From the NCBI GenBank assembly GCA_001179505.1, contig CDMY01000394.1, positions 1 to 64,000 of the forward strand: a stretch of 64,000 bases of DNA. The letters are read 5' to 3'. Source of the DNA: Vitrella brassicaformis CCMP3155. Taxonomy: Eukaryota > Protista > Chromerida. The notes beneath the pieces are model-generated. The model saw only the letters and a program-made list of their open reading frames with translations, did no database searches and was not told the origin of the DNA. The position numbers and the translations under genes are program-made. Below, piece after piece: positions 49,922-63,873 of this stretch (the stretch's first letter is position 1; each line of letters starts with the position of its first letter).

Positions 49922-52751
49922 ATGAGCTCCTCTCCACATCTAACGGCCCGTCAGCTGGCCCTTCAGGCCCGCGCCAGCGTGGCCCTCCATCGCACCGGCT
50001 CACCCCTCAGCACATCATCACAGCCGCACCTCCGGCGCAGCAGCACCCAGGAGACTGATGACAGCACATCCGGCCGCAGAAGAGGCGCCCCGGAGCGGGA
50101 ATACCTCACCAGAGCCATGCGGGTCAGTCCCTTACACACGTGCCCTTCAATATATCTGCCCTACATGTTGTCTGCAGAAGGAGCGCATGTCGTTCTTCCA
50201 GGACGCCGGGTGCAAGCGAGACATTGAGTTGGTGGGTCTGGAGACGCTGGAGGCTAAAGTCAAGGAGGAGCCGGAGTCTAGCAGCCAAGATGATGATGAA
50301 TCCGAGGACGACGAAGATGATGAGGAATCGGAGGAGGAGGAGGAGGAGGAGGAGGAGGACAACGATGAGGAGAAGAGCGATAATAATGGGGCTGACGGTG
50401 GTGGAAACAACCAGAAGGGCGGGAAGGGGGATGGGGATGGGAAGGGAGAGAAGGAGCTGCCCCTGGTCATGAGGCTGCGGGACAGAGGGAGGCGCGGGGG
50501 AGTGGACAAGGGAGACAAGGACAAGGACAAGGACAAACGTCAACCGCAACCACCAGAGAGAGACACACCCATGACTCGGAGGAGAAGCCTCAGCCCCAAG
50601 AAGACATTCAAGCAGCCGCAGCCGCCCCGTCTGGAGCTCCGGTTCGGCTTCGTCAGCGAGGGCCGCCACCTCAAGGCCAAGGGCAGATCACCACACAGGA
50701 AAAAGAAGGCGACCCCACGGCTGACCAACGCCGCACCGGTGGTGGCCAACCTGTCACAGGCTCAGCAGCCGTGGAGGACCGAGTCGGGCCGGTTTGCGTC
50801 GATGCAGGGCATCGATGCGGGTGTGGGTGCGCCGCGGCCGCCGGTGGCGTGGCTGCCCACCCTGACGCTGCCTATCGAAAACAAGAGGGACCCAAAGCCC
50901 CCGGTGTCTATTGTATGGTCACATGAGGGAGGGAGGGAGGGAGGAAGGAAGGGATGCGCCTTGTGTCTCTGTGTGCAGGTTGGTGATCGTACTGTCAACC
51001 CGATTCCACCCCAGTATGCGCCGGTGCCTTTCAAGCAGCAGCAGCCGTCGCCTGAGAGGCCGCGGATCCCCTCTCCATCATTCTTGCAGCAGGAATCGCA
51101 CCAGCACCAGCAGCAGCAGCAGCACCAGCAAAGGCACTCGCCGCAGCAGCAGCGCAGGAAGGACAGGGAAAGAGAGAGGAGAGATGAGGGCTCAGAGGGG
51201 GAGAGGAGGGAGAGGGAGCCGCAGTCCAAGGTGCACAAGGGATCGCCTGGCGGCCGTCGGCCTTCGTCGCCCTTCCGCCGCGCCATGATGGCCGAGACCA
51301 ACCTGCCTAGAGTCACAGGCGCAGATATTGAGGACAAAATCAAACAATACGAGGTCACTTTTCCCTGTTCCATCCATCCATCCATCCATGTGTGGCTGGC
51401 TGTTCAGGTGGAGCGCATCTTCAGTGAGGTGCCGGACGACTGGGGTCTGCTGGCTTTGGTGCTGGGGTTCTGTAAGTTGGGCGTGATAGGGGGGCCGGGT
51501 GGTGGGGGCACGATGAAGCAGCAGAAGGCCGAGCAGCAGGTGACCGAGTGGATTGAGGAGAGAAGGCGGCAGGGCATGGAGGACACCGCCAGAGACAGAT
51601 TCCTTAACGTATGTGTGGTGTGCATGCGTGTGTGGGACGACATGGCCATGGCCTTAAGGGACCTCTCGCTCCATGTGATGTGTGTTGGTTGCCTTGCCGT
51701 GTGTCGGTCGGTCGGTCTGTCAGGCGATGGAGAGTGCCGCTTTGAGGGAGTTCCAGAGCGCCTATCTCGAACTCAGGTGAGACAGAGAGACGGACAGGGA
51801 TAATGCAAAGCAGAGGCGTCTTCGTGCATCTTGGATCGTGTCTCTGGCTGGGCTGCTTGCAGGAATTTCGATGACGAGGTAGCGTAGCGGCATTTGTCTG
51901 AGAGATGAAGAGGCGCCACAATCTCACGCTCTCCCCGTCATCCGTCTGTATGCTGTCCTGTCGTATCTGTCATGCGTGTCATATATTCTTGATGGCTGCA
52001 GTTTTTCCGTGTGGTTCGTCAGTGTGCGGATCAGTTTGTGTCTCGCAACGAGGAGTACACCAACCCCCTATGGTCGCACTACTATCGCACCAACCCCAAC
52101 ATTATGTACGCCAGAAAGGAGGTACGCACCACATCCACACCCTCCCCAGCCCTCCCACACCCACACCACACCACACCACACCCACACACGCGCACACGCA
52201 CAGCTGGACAAGTGTGTGTCTCTGTCTGTGTGTAGGATACATTGCGTCGTGAGCGTGAGTGGCTGGAGGGAGGGTGGATGGACCTGGAGGAGAAGGTGGC
52301 CCTGTACGACAACCAAAACGGGGTGGCGCAGACACGCGGCGGCCAGCGGGAGGACAGATACAGATTCCCCTCACTCCTCACACCGTACACACACACACAC
52401 ACACACACACATACACACAAACAAACGAGGCCGGCCGGCGACACATATCTGCGTCTGTGCAGGCGAGAGCAGCGGGATCGCGCCATCGACAGCAAGATCA
52501 GACACATGGCGGAGATACAGGTAGGTACACATGCGCGGAGAACAACGTTCACACGTCCCCCCACCCCACACACCATGCCATGCACCACCCAACATTTGTG
52601 TGTGCAGAGTCGTTTGAAGTACCAGTTGGAGAGTCAGTTTGCCTATATGGAGCAGCTGTTGAAGAGCGGGAGCGTGCCGTTCATCGAGTTTGACGACACA
52701 CACATGGAGCAGATGCTCCTCGACACAGACGTAGATGTTGAGATGAGTTGA
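49922..52751 (+). CDS. Hypothetical protein with acidic/low-complexity N-terminal half and helical C-terminal region
   Basis: In-phase exons: ...YLTRAMR|KERMSFFQDAG..., IEDKIKQYE|VERIF..., YTNPLWSHYY...|DTLRREREWL...|SRLKYQLESQFAYMEQLL...DVEMS*. Confidence 0.7.
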
Positions 52752-53077
52752 CGAATGGGCGAGTGGGGGGGCTGATTCGGGGGTATGGGTGGGCGACAGA
52801 AGTGCGTGTGCCATGTGTGTATGGAGCGATGCGCACACCCCGTTGAGCGATGAGAGATTAGCTTGGTCGGTCACTCTCGCGTCTGTCTGTTGCTCTACAC
52901 AATCACTAACTGCAGTCACGCACAAAACGGCAAAAGCGATCCAGATCAAATACGGCGCACAAAGACAAGATTGAGATCCGTTCTCTCTATACACACGCAC
53001 GCAAGTCCGCCGCCTGTCTGTCTGCTCTACCACATACATACAGAGATCACGCACCGCACAGACACCAATCCATTCAC

Positions 53078-54818
53078 TCAGCCCACCGCAGCGCCCGCAG
53101 TTCTCTCCCCGTCTTGCATGTCTCCAGCCCGGCCACCCCTGTCACTCTCTTGGCCGCTCTGACCATCTTTCCCCCTTTCCGATGCCGGTCGGTCTTTCTT
53201 CTCGTCGTCATAGTAGTGCGACGGGAACTCGCCGTCAAGTGGGGCCGCTGGCCGGTCGTCAGAATCGCCACTCTCTGGCAATCGCCCCCGCAGCCTTTTG
53301 CCATACCTCTTGTCCCCGCCTAGCAGCCCCGGCTGCCACCCCTGCTTGGTGGGGTCGTCGGCATAGAGCATGGCAGTCTCCTCAGGGCAGGCGTCGGGGA
53401 CGATGAGCTCCTCGCCCGGCTCGAGCGTGACGAAGGCCTCAGGCTCCACTTGATGCTTCTCGAGGGCAATCTGCAGGTCCCTCCGCGCCTGGCCGAATTC
53501 CTCAGCGGCGAGAGGGAAGCAGTCGAAGTGAATGGCCACACTTTGACGCGATCCCAGGTCCAGATGAGCCTGCACACATGACATGACATACAGCACACGA
53601 AGAGATGTGCCCATCCATCTATCTGTAGGTCTGCACTGCGCTATGCTATGCTGACCCGTACGGCTTCTTCCGGGTTCATGTGGAGTGTCTTCATGAACCA
53701 TCGTGGCTCGTAGCTGCCGATGGGCAACAGAGCCAAGTCCACTCCGTCGTCTCCCCACTCCTCCAGGAGCGCCCGCGCTTCTTTGAAGTGCGGACCGTAG
53801 GCCGTGTCGCCGGCAAAGTAGATCGTGTGCGACGGCGTGCGCACCAGGAAGGACCCCCACAACGTCCAATTCGCATCCAACAGATACCTGCATCGCATCC
53901 ATCGATCCATCATCAACACGGCTGGCTGCTTCTGCGCACATACATCCACTGACTGCCTCGGTTTGCTTGCTTACCTTCCGGACCAGTGCTGTGCAGGAAG
54001 GAATGTGACGTCGATGGAGTCGAAGCGGATGGTGTCGTACCACTTCATTGTCTGCACGTCGCGAATGCGATCCATATCCTTGCCGAACAGCATCGGCAGG
54101 AAATACCATATCGGATTGAGGTGGTGCGTCATCCCTGCAGCCACACAGACCCTGAGTGCGTGTGCGTGAGTGGGTCTGCATGTGTGTGTGATTGGCGTAC
54201 CTGTGCCCGTGTATACGACGGATCTGTCCCTCATGTGAAAGTTGGTGATGGTCTCGGTGTCGAAGTGGTCCCAGTGGTCGTGTGACAGCAGGATCAGGTG
54301 CACCTGTGGCATGTCGTCATACTTGACGCCTGGCTCGTGCACACGCTCAGCTGAATACCCACAAAACACACAGATGATAGATCCATCCATCCATCCGTTG
54401 GAACATCCATCCATCAGTCTGGCTATGACGGCCACCCCCTCTTCTCTGCCTCCTTACATCCCAGCACCCCTCCCGGCCCAGCATTCCTTGAGAAGTGGGG
54501 ATCCGTCACGATGTTGAGCGAATGGCTCTGCAGCAGCACTGTCGAGTGCCCCACAAACGTCACTCTCAGATCTCCCGTTTCCTCGGTCAGCACAGGGGGA
54601 GGGAACTTGGTGGTGTTGACTTGACTTGGCCACGGCTTCGGTGGGAACTTGTCAGGACTCGCGACGAACCGGAGGATGTCGAGCCACCGCGGGTGGCCGG
54701 GGCTGTGGAGGTTCTGGTTGGGCTTCAGGATGCGGTTGTACGCCTGCACGCTCGATGTCAGCAGGCGGGAGCTGGCGGAGCTCAGCCGCGATACCACGCC
54801 GTCCATGGCAGTCTGCAT
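53078..54818 (-). CDS. NAPE-hydrolysing phospholipase D-like metallo-beta-lactamase-fold hydrolase
   Basis: VTFVGHSTVLL, IVTDPHFS, LLSHDHWDHFD (HxHxDH), LPAQHWSGR, LWGSF..., IYFAGDTAYGPHF, LALLPIGSYEPRWFM..HMNPEEAV, AIHFDCF. Confidence 0.92.
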
Positions 54819-55108
54819 GATCGATCGGCGGCCAGATCGATGAGTGCTACGGGAGATATCTAGAGCAGCACAGTAGCCTTTTCAGCGGAGGCTTGCTGCG
54901 AGATCGGAAAGCCCCCACACCTCGCCCCCCGTCTCAAGTAGAGAAGAAGACGGTGTTTGAGGTTTTTCCGAGATTCTATCCTGATCCTTAGATCCCTACC
55001 AGTGCAGAAGCTGCTGACAAAAGGCTTCAGACGAGGTCCATCAGCAAGACTTCACGCAGCTCTTCTCTCCCAAGCTTCTGGGGTATGTTCTTGTTGCAGT
55101 ACGGTGGG

Positions 55109-58100
55109 ATGGGCATGGACACTGCTGGCGAGTTCGGGAGTCAACTGAGGCACCAGGCAAGACAAGACAAAACCCAAGACAAATGGCACCCACCGCATTG
55201 CAATGAATGCAGCCACCCACATTGAAGATACTGATGCCATGTGTAGCACCTTGGTTGCCTTGTGTGCAGGAGCAGATGTCGAGTTTGAAGCGGCTGTACG
55301 ACGAGCGAGTCCGCCACCTGCGGGAGCGCATCAAATCAACATATCACGACCTCAAAGATGACGATACCATCAGTAAGGCAGCCGGCTACACAAGCCGTAT
55401 GTATGATAGCCATGGAAGCGGCATGCTGCTCTGTGTTGCTTTCTCCGTCCGTCCGTCCGTCCGTCCGTCTGTCTGCCTGTCTGCCGCCAGATGCGCTGAA
55501 GCGTGATCCTGACAATGCCGAGTTTGTGCAGCAGGTAGAATGGACGGCAATATATTCACCGCATCAGGCATCTCTGTCTGTATGTGTATCCGCGTGTGTG
55601 TGTGTGCAGAGGATGAAGGAGATGGTCGAGGACTCGCTCGCAAACGAGAGGGAGGCGCAGGTCGAAGGCCTCATGCAGGTACAAACACACAGACAAGAAA
55701 GAGATGGGGTTTTACCAACCGACTTGCTGTCCATTCATGCATGGCCTTCATCAATGCAATGCAGAAAGTAGCTTCTTTGGAGGCCCGGGAGCATGACGTA
55801 AGCCAAGGACCATCAACAAACACACACTGACTTGAACATTTGGCTGTCTGGGTGGCTGACCTTTTTATGACCGATCAGCTGGTTCGTGCTCTTGAGGCGA
55901 AGGAGTCCAGCTTCTCTCAGTCGCTGCAGGCCCTCAGATCGCAGCTCGCCACTGGGGGTACTCCCCAGCCACACCAGTACCCACAAAGCCCGCCCAGAGG
56001 AGCCACACTCACCAGAACACCCGTGAGTGAAGTGGAGAACACAGACCTGTCCGCGCGACTGTGGTACCTACCTGTTCATCATTGTGTGCTGTGCGTCCAT
56101 TAGGGTGGTACAGTGAGTCCCGGTGCTCGACCCGCCCCACCGGCAGAGCAGTTCCAGGAGCTCGTGACTGAGTTGCAGTCACTGCAGCAAGTCTGCGCTG
56201 CTCAGGTTCTCAGGCGCCACCGCGGCCATGCCATGCACAACAATCACGGCATCTGTCCTGTCGCCTTGCTGTGTGTCAGCGTGCGGATCTCGAGAACCTT
56301 CAGAGCGAGTGTGAAGACTACAAGAGAAGGTGAATGAGGATGACCTACCTGCAAATACGTGGGTCCTGATGCGATGCGTGTCCTGTCTCGGCCCCTCAGG
56401 TATGAGATGAAGGTCCGCGAGCGTGGCGCCACCCAGGATGAGATGCTCGCATCCGCTCAACGAGAACAGGAGCTGCAGACCAACGTATGTACGTGCACAC
56501 AAATGTATGTATCCCTGAAGCCATCCATTAGAGACACATCCTCTTCTCATCACCAATCAGATTCGCGACAAGACTCGGGAGCTGGGTGAGTGTCAGCAGC
56601 GACTGCGGCACGTGCAGGGCGCCCTCGAGCAGTCGGAGAAGGACAGGCTGGAAATCAGACAGAAATACGTCGAGGTCGGGGAGAAATTCGAGAGGTAAGT
56701 CACTCATCCAATCCACACCTAAGGCGGGGCGCCTCACCGTCCAAGCGGGTGGGTTTATGTGTGCAGGTTCATCCAGCAGGAGGAGCGTGAGAACAGCGAG
56801 ACCGTGCAGCTGCTCGTCAAGAAAGTCAAGGCCGCTAAGGTATTTACCTACCATACACACACACACACAAAGCCACAGGTGGATGTGTGGAATGTGGATG
56901 GCTGCGTTTGTGCAGACTCGGCTTGCCCAATACAAGAAGGACAGGATCAAGTCCATGGTCAGTCAGGTGCATGGCATGAATGGATGAGTGAAGTTGAACC
57001 ACCTGCATGGTATGCTGACGGCCTACGGCTATCGTGTCCCATGCAGACGGAGATCAGCACGCTCAAGAACCAGTTGATCGTCAGTGAACAGGAGCGGGAG
57101 AATCTACTCATACAAATCAAGGTGGGTCGGGTCAGTCAGACACACCGATGCACCGATGATGCACAGATTTCTCGCCTTTGCTCTGTGTCGGCATCAGAGC
57201 AAGATCGAGCTCGAGCGCCGCGTTCATGTGTTGGAGGCCGATAACCAGGCCAAGGCTCGCGAGCAGGAGCATCTGATGAAGCAGCTGGCGCTCGCCGAGG
57301 CGCGCAAGGACCAAATCCCGCTCGAAAAACACCAATCCATCCTGCAGGCAAGACATATATATGAGCAGCTTCCAGAGACAGAGGCGTGGATGTCATGTCT
57401 GTGTATGTGCGGTATATATTGTCTTCGCGACTGTAACAGGACCGCTTGACGACTCTCGACTCTCAGCATCAGTCTGCGGTTCGCATGCTCCAGGACCGAT
57501 TCGACCTCCAAGTCAAGGAGAAGGTACGTTGTGAGCGTGTAACTGCTGAAAGCACACATGGGCACACACATCCATGGACGTGACGGTGTGTGCCCCGATG
57601 GATGCCAGATCCGTGAGGCTGAGGAGCGGAAGCAGTCTGAGTTCTCGGCCACGCTGAGCCAGATTCGCCGTGGTGTGCAGGCGCTTGAGGCGGCACGCGA
57701 CGAGGAAATACGACAGCGCAAGACGGCGCAGGAGGAGGCCGATCGGTGCATAAGCATCCGTGTCATGTCATCCACACACATCATGTGCATGGTTGCATGG
57801 TGTGGTGTCTATCTGTTTGTGCATGGGCTGGGCAGCATGCGTGCCGCCATTACGAAGCTCGAGGGACAGAACCTCGAGAACATCAGGCAAAGGAAGGTAC
57901 GTAGGTGGGCAAAGAACTAAAGCACAGAGAGACCCAACGACCAGCGGTGCACATCACATGGACGCCCACATGCTGTCAGGCGCTGGCGTCCAATCTTGAG
58001 GAGGCCTCGGCCAACCTGACCAAAGTCCGCAACATCCTGCAGGACGAGAGGGCCAGGAGGGAGGTAATATCTTGAATGAATATGCCTCTACATGCAGCAC

Positions 58101-61100
58101 AGCGGCAGACGCCTGTTTGTCTGTCCTTTGGTTCAGCAATGTGAGGAGCGACTGAAGCGTGCCGACATGGAGTGCACGTCCTCGAGCTTCCAAATACAAC
58201 ACGTAGAGGAGACCGCAAAGTCAGCCACACGAACACTCACACTCAATCCATTCGCGCGTCATCATGCCTACCTTTCAATGATGTCGATGTCGTTGGTTCA
58301 GGCGTCGCGAGGGCGATCTCGAGCGCCTTCGCGGGGACTACGATGCGCTCCGCACTGACCACCAGCGGTTGCAGGGCGAGACGTCCAGACTCGTCCGCGA
58401 GCTCCACGTCAAGGAGGCCGCTGAGGTCCGGGTCGCTGCACTCGAGACAGAGGTAAGTACTTACTGGCGAGACGAGACACAACGGGAGAAGGCGGTCCGT
58501 ACACCTCTGCTGTTTGTTCTTTCTGTGTGCAGCTTGAGCAGTACAAGCATCAGGCCAACACGATCCGAAGGTGAGCAAGCAGGCTGCTTCATTCCGTCCG
58601 TTAGTGTGGTTTATCCGTCTCCATCCATAGCCTTCGCCGCGTCGTGGCTCAGATGTCGCGCCTCACACAAGGTAGGTCAGCGCGGAAGACACAGACCGAA
58701 ACAACGGCGAAAACCCCGCTGTCTTTCTGTCAATCTCTTTCGCAGTGCTAAGCCACGAGTTGCGTAAGGAGCTGGTGCAGCTCAAGTCGACAGCCATGCA
58801 GCAGATCAGCGGACTCGAGACATTCTGCGACGCTGCCATCAACAGACTCATCGCATGGTGAGTCAGTCAGTCAGCCCACCACACGCTCAGCCCGTGAATG
58901 CGATGCGTACATAAAGACGCACACACTCTTTTGCATTGCACGCCCTTCCTTCTCTGCAGTCACCGTGAGCGCGTCTCGCTTCAAAGCGTAGGCAGACAAG
59001 AGAACAATTCCTGCACACAGATTCCTGTGTCTGGATGGGATGCCCCTCTCTGTATGTCTCTGTGTGTGCAGGCTGAGCATCGTCTCGAGGCGGACACCCT
59101 GTCGCGCAACAACCAGCAGCTGGAGCAGCAGCTGGCCGAGTCACAGTAAGGGCCAGGCACTGCCAACGCCTTTACGTATGCGGTCATTGTCCATCCTTGC
59201 TTCCTACAGGTCTCGTGAGAAGGAGCTGACGCAGCAGTGCGCTCTTGACCGCGAGGACGCCGACAACACCCGGCTGCACCTCGACAGAGTCCTCACGGCC
59301 GTCTCACAATACATACCCGTGTCGGAGAACATCAAAGAGGTACCTCACTCACAGCACTCACTGGTTTGCCACAATCGACGCTGAACCGTGGCTGTGCGGA
59401 CCTCGCAAATCAATCAGGGGATGGTGTCGCCTCGTCGCTGTTCCCATCCTGAGTCGATCCTGCCATTCAAGGTGAGTCATTGATTCATCTATCCACTCAC
59501 CGCCCTGACATCAATCTCTGGGGGGTATTCGTGCTGGTGTGGCGTCCTTGACTGACAGGAGGAGGTAGCTCGGTGTGTCAGTGAGATGCGGGAGAAGGTC
59601 CAGACACAGTAAGACACAACCCATAAGGACGAGAGATTAAGTGGTCAGTGCCTTTGCCGTCTTCTCATGTCTGTATGTCTCAGCTACGAGGAGATAGTGG
59701 CGCAGAAGGAATCGTATGCGACACATTAACACACAAACAGTGTAATGTGAGTTGGAATGCTCCTGTGCATGTATGTATTTCATTCATTCAGTGAGCGTGC
59801 CAGGCTCGACGAGTCTCTGAAAGAGGAACAGCTGCAGGTAAGTAGCACACGAGCATCCACCATGCAGTCAATGCACGTCGGCCGCCCGTCTACCATCAGA
59901 TTGCCAACCAGGAGGGCGCCATCCAGCAGCTCCAGCAGCAGACACAGGTCACATAGACCGACACACCCAGTAGGAGGCCTTCTCTCCCACAATGTGTGTG
60001 TATGTGCGGTGTGTGTTCAGGCGCTTGAGAGTCGCATCGAAGAGTTGAATGAGGTGGAGCAGAAGGCCAGTCGGCTGCAGGAGAGGCTCGAGGAGACCGA
60101 GAACGAGCTGCGCTCCGAAAGAGACAAGATGGCCGAATCCCAAAAGACATTTGAGAGGAGATCGGTCAGTCAGTCAGCAGGGAGCAGACGGGCGAAGGGC
60201 AATCTACTCTGATGCACGTCTTGTGTCCCCCACTCCCTCACATGCAGCAAGAGGCTCAGATGTTGGCTGAGATGAACCAGGCGGACGCACAGTCAAGCAT
60301 CAAGGAACAACTCAGACAGGTAACTAACCAGCCCGACCACGAACACACATACGTACGGCCGACCGTGCGCTTCTTTGTCTGCTCAGCTCAACAAGGAGCT
60401 TGGCCAGCTGCAGACACAACACCACGTGAGTCTAGGAGACACAGCGACCTCATGCACTGTCGGCTCTTGCCCACATGGGCATGCAGGAGGAGTTGGCTCG
60501 CCGCGACAAGGAGCTGAGTGACGTCATGACCCACAGACTCAACGAACAGAGACGGGACGCCGAACAGAGAGAGCAACAGCTGCAGGCAAGATTACATATA
60601 CGTGGCAAGGATACCGACAGACAGGCAGGTAGCTGGTCCCTTGTGTGCCCGTGTGTGTGTCCACTTCAGTCTACCGTGGATCAGCTCACACACAGACTCA
60701 AGGACAGCGACCAAAACCAAAAGTGACCAACGACACACACACAGACACACACGCTCATGTGGATGGAGTCATGTGTGTCAGGGCCACACGGAGTACCACA
60801 GACGCCTCCATCAAAGAACTCAAGGACAAACTTGCCGTGAGTTACCCACCCACCCACCCTTAACACGCACCGCGCCCATCTATCCATTCCATCGATCCCC
60901 TGTCTGTCTGTTGCCTCCAGGCCACGACGCGCGAGCTGGACAGCGTCAAGCGCGACAAACGTGCCCTGGAGGTGCAGCTGGAGCGTCACGCCCAGGACCG
61001 TGCCGGCGACGTCTCCATGGTCGCTCAGCTCAAGCGGCAGGTCGACGAGCTCAAGCAGACACACAGAGAGGAGCTGGACCAGCTAGACCAGGCCAGACGC

Positions 61101-61545
61101 AAGGCCGTCAAGGAGCGGGAGGACGAGATGAAGAAGGTCCACGAGGCCAAGAGACACCAGCTGCGGACAGGGGCCGCCACAGATGAAGGGCGGGGCGGCT
61201 CACTCGTTCCCAGTGAGGGCTCGGCCGCAGGGTAACCTCACACACATGTCCGTCTCTCCAGGCATCACCCCGTGTGCCTTTCCTCTGATTTCTTTCAGTG
61301 GGCGGCAGGGCAGTGCCGCCATGGCCCGTGTTGATGCGGCCATCGAGCGCAGCAGTCTGCGACGGGCCGATTCGAAAGGCTCGGCGCTCTCGGCGGTGCA
61401 GAATGTGCTGCAGCTAGCACGGCAAGCCACGTTGAAGGCTGAAGAGGCCAGGCCTTCAGGCAGGCCGCCCCTGTCTCGCCCGACGTCGCCTCTGCCGCCT
61501 GCTAGGGGGGAGAGGGCTCCGATGAGTCCGCAGAGCGCTATGTAG
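55109..61545 (+). CDS. Long coiled-coil protein (many short exons, at least three GC-AG introns)
   Basis: Consecutive in-phase heptad-rich exons: QEQMSSLKRLYDERVRHLRERIK, RMKEMVEDSL, LIVSEQERENLL, LEERLEETENELRSE, LKRQVDELKQ...; ends MSPQSAM*. Confidence 0.75.
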
Positions 61546-61700
61546 CGAAGAATATGGGTGGCTGGGTGTCTCTGTCTGGTTGCTGGGGCGGGGTGTGTGT
61601 GTGTGTGTGTGTGTATGATGCGAGTGGACGACCAAAGAACAGAACACACACACGTCGATCGATGGTTTTCCCGTTGATGTCTACAGCAAACTTCGATCAT

Positions 61701-63710
61701 TCATCCACTTTTCTTCTCATAGATGACGAAATGTGAATCCAGCACCACCTCCCCACGCACCCCCTCTGTCCAGAAGCTGTCGAAATGCCTTATGGTCTCT
61801 GTGTAGCCATGCGTTCGCAGCCACTCCCCCACACGCCCCTGAGCAAAGCTGCCCCTCAGCAGCACATCCCACACCACAAAATGGGTAATCGGCAGCTGAG
61901 GCACTGCTGCTACTGTCCCGCTCGATGTGTGTGGAAACCGCCCAGCCAGACACTCAGCCCACTCTGACCTTCCCTCACACGTTGCTACGGCGCCGTGGTG
62001 CGCATCTGTTGTCATATTCATGGCGCCATTGACGATGTGCTCGAGGGTCTCAATGGGGTGGGTGTAGAAGGTATCTCTCCAGTTGGCAGGGAGGCACTGT
62101 GGGTCGACGCGCGACGAGCAGTCGAGTAGGTGCATGGCGATGTCGGGCCGATGGACGAATGAGTTGAAGGGTGTGGCGTGGCAGGGCGTGAGGAACAACA
62201 CCGACGGCCGGGGGGAGGGCGGCAGAGAGCGGATGTATCCCATGACCTTCTCGGCGCCCTGCATAACATGACAGCACACGAATAAATAAAACAAACAGCA
62301 CATGAGATAGATAAGCCGTGTTTGTTATTGTGTCTGTCCGTTTGATTAGTTAGTCACCTGTTGGTGGACGAACGAGAAGAAGGCCGCGGCAATGATCTGG
62401 ACCGCAAAGATCACTGAGAGAGCCACACGCACCACCACCTTTCGCCACGATCGCCCTCGCATGACGGTCTGCGCCACATGGGAAGTGTTCTTGTTTTCTT
62501 TGCCGTTGGCCTGAGAGCCCCTCTGCCGCTGCCTGATGGATGTTGCATCGCCCCCACCAGCGACGGCCCTTGTGCCAGCGACGGCCCTTGTGGCAATATC
62601 AGTATCTCCCGACGCCGCCACAGTAGCATCAGCACGTGACCCTGGCTCCTCTGCCCATTCCTCCAGCCGCACCATGCTGATTGCTGACCACATGTAGAGG
62701 TACGGCAGGTAAGGCATCAGGAAGCGAAACTCCTTGTGAGATGCTGTCGACAATGCGCCGATGCTCAGCAATACACCCAACACGATGTCCCTCGAGAAGG
62801 ACGATGCTCCTTCGGCAGTAACGGCAAGCCAGGCGCCCACGATGCAGAGCGGATAGTAGGTCAGCAGCACCGCCCCTAGCCCATCAGCGAGATACCAGTA
62901 GGGTGGATGCGTGCCATAGAATCGGCCTCCATCCAGCTGCACATTGAAGCGCCAGAAGTTGAGCATTGGGAAGGTCAGTCGCCCGTATAGCCTCGAGTCA
63001 ACATAGACCGACACACAGAGTCCACACACGCCCACCAGCAGCCCCTGGCCTATGAACACAGCGAGGTCAGCAAAAGACCGCCACTTATCCCTCTTGTCTG
63101 TAACCATTTGGCTCCCCAGTCGCAGGGCGTGCGCACCATAAATGACCACCCACATGACGGCTGCCGTCGGCCGAATCACCACAGCCACAGCCGCACACAA
63201 CAGACTCCCCAACAACGACACCTGTTTCCTCATGCCAGCGGTGGCATTGGCCGCCCTCAGCCACATGTGCATAGCAGCCGTCATCAGAAAGACCTCCAGA
63301 CAGTTTGAGAACGGCCGGGGGCCGCAGAAGAAATCAAACCACCCCAGAGCACAGCACCAGAAGCACCAATCGCCGACTCTCCGACCAAACAGCTGTTCAC
63401 AAATCCCCACAGTGAGGCAGTTGGTGACAGCGGCGAGGGCGCCCTGCATGAGTCTTGGTGAGTAAGCCACGATAAAGGGAGTGTCCAATTGCAGCAGCTT
63501 GAGTGCGGCGAAGAGCATGCTGATGAGCAGCGGGTGCAGATGGGATCTGAGTGCGATGCACGGCTCCCACTCCCATGTGGTGTAGCCGTAGCCGAATGTG
63601 AGGCGATGGGCGACCTCAGGGCCCTGCCAGTGCTCATCGGGGTTGAAGGACGTGCGCAGAACCAACGCATTCACCACCCGTAGCGCCAGAAAGAATGGCA
63701 AGGATTGCAT
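61701..63710 (-). CDS. PIGB: GPI mannosyltransferase 3 (PIG-B/Gpi10)
   Basis: FLALRVVNALVLRTSFNPDEHWQGPEVAH...YGYTTWEW...LRSHLHP; IRPTAA; NFWRFNV...FYGTHPPYWY; SHKEFRFLMP; LTPCHATPFNSFVH...LLDCS. Confidence 0.96.
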
Positions 63711-63782
63711 CAATCGGATCTACGCAAGATCAGCATCGCATCGCTACATCCCATCGCATGCGATGCTTGAGCCGTGCAGGCC

Positions 63783-63803
63783 GCTAGGGTGCTGCCTGAA
63801 ACC
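63783..63803 (-). promoter_or_regulatory. Conserved divergent-promoter element, copy C (reverse): GGTTTCAGGCAGCACCCTAGC
   Basis: The + strand gctagggtgctgcctgaaacc reverse-complements to a 19/21 match of the copy A/B core. It lies in the 163-bp gap between the PIGB ATG (63710, -) and the ATG at 63874 (+). Confidence 0.55.
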
Positions 63804-63873
63804 GATCGCTTCTGCGCCGAGAGAGAAGGGAGTGGATCGTTGGGGGGTACTGCTGCCATAATTGATCTGCCCA

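Noticed and set aside
62557-62592. 18-bp in-frame tandem repeat in PIGB (TRAVAG x2)
   Set aside because: A trivial expansion in a low-complexity loop.
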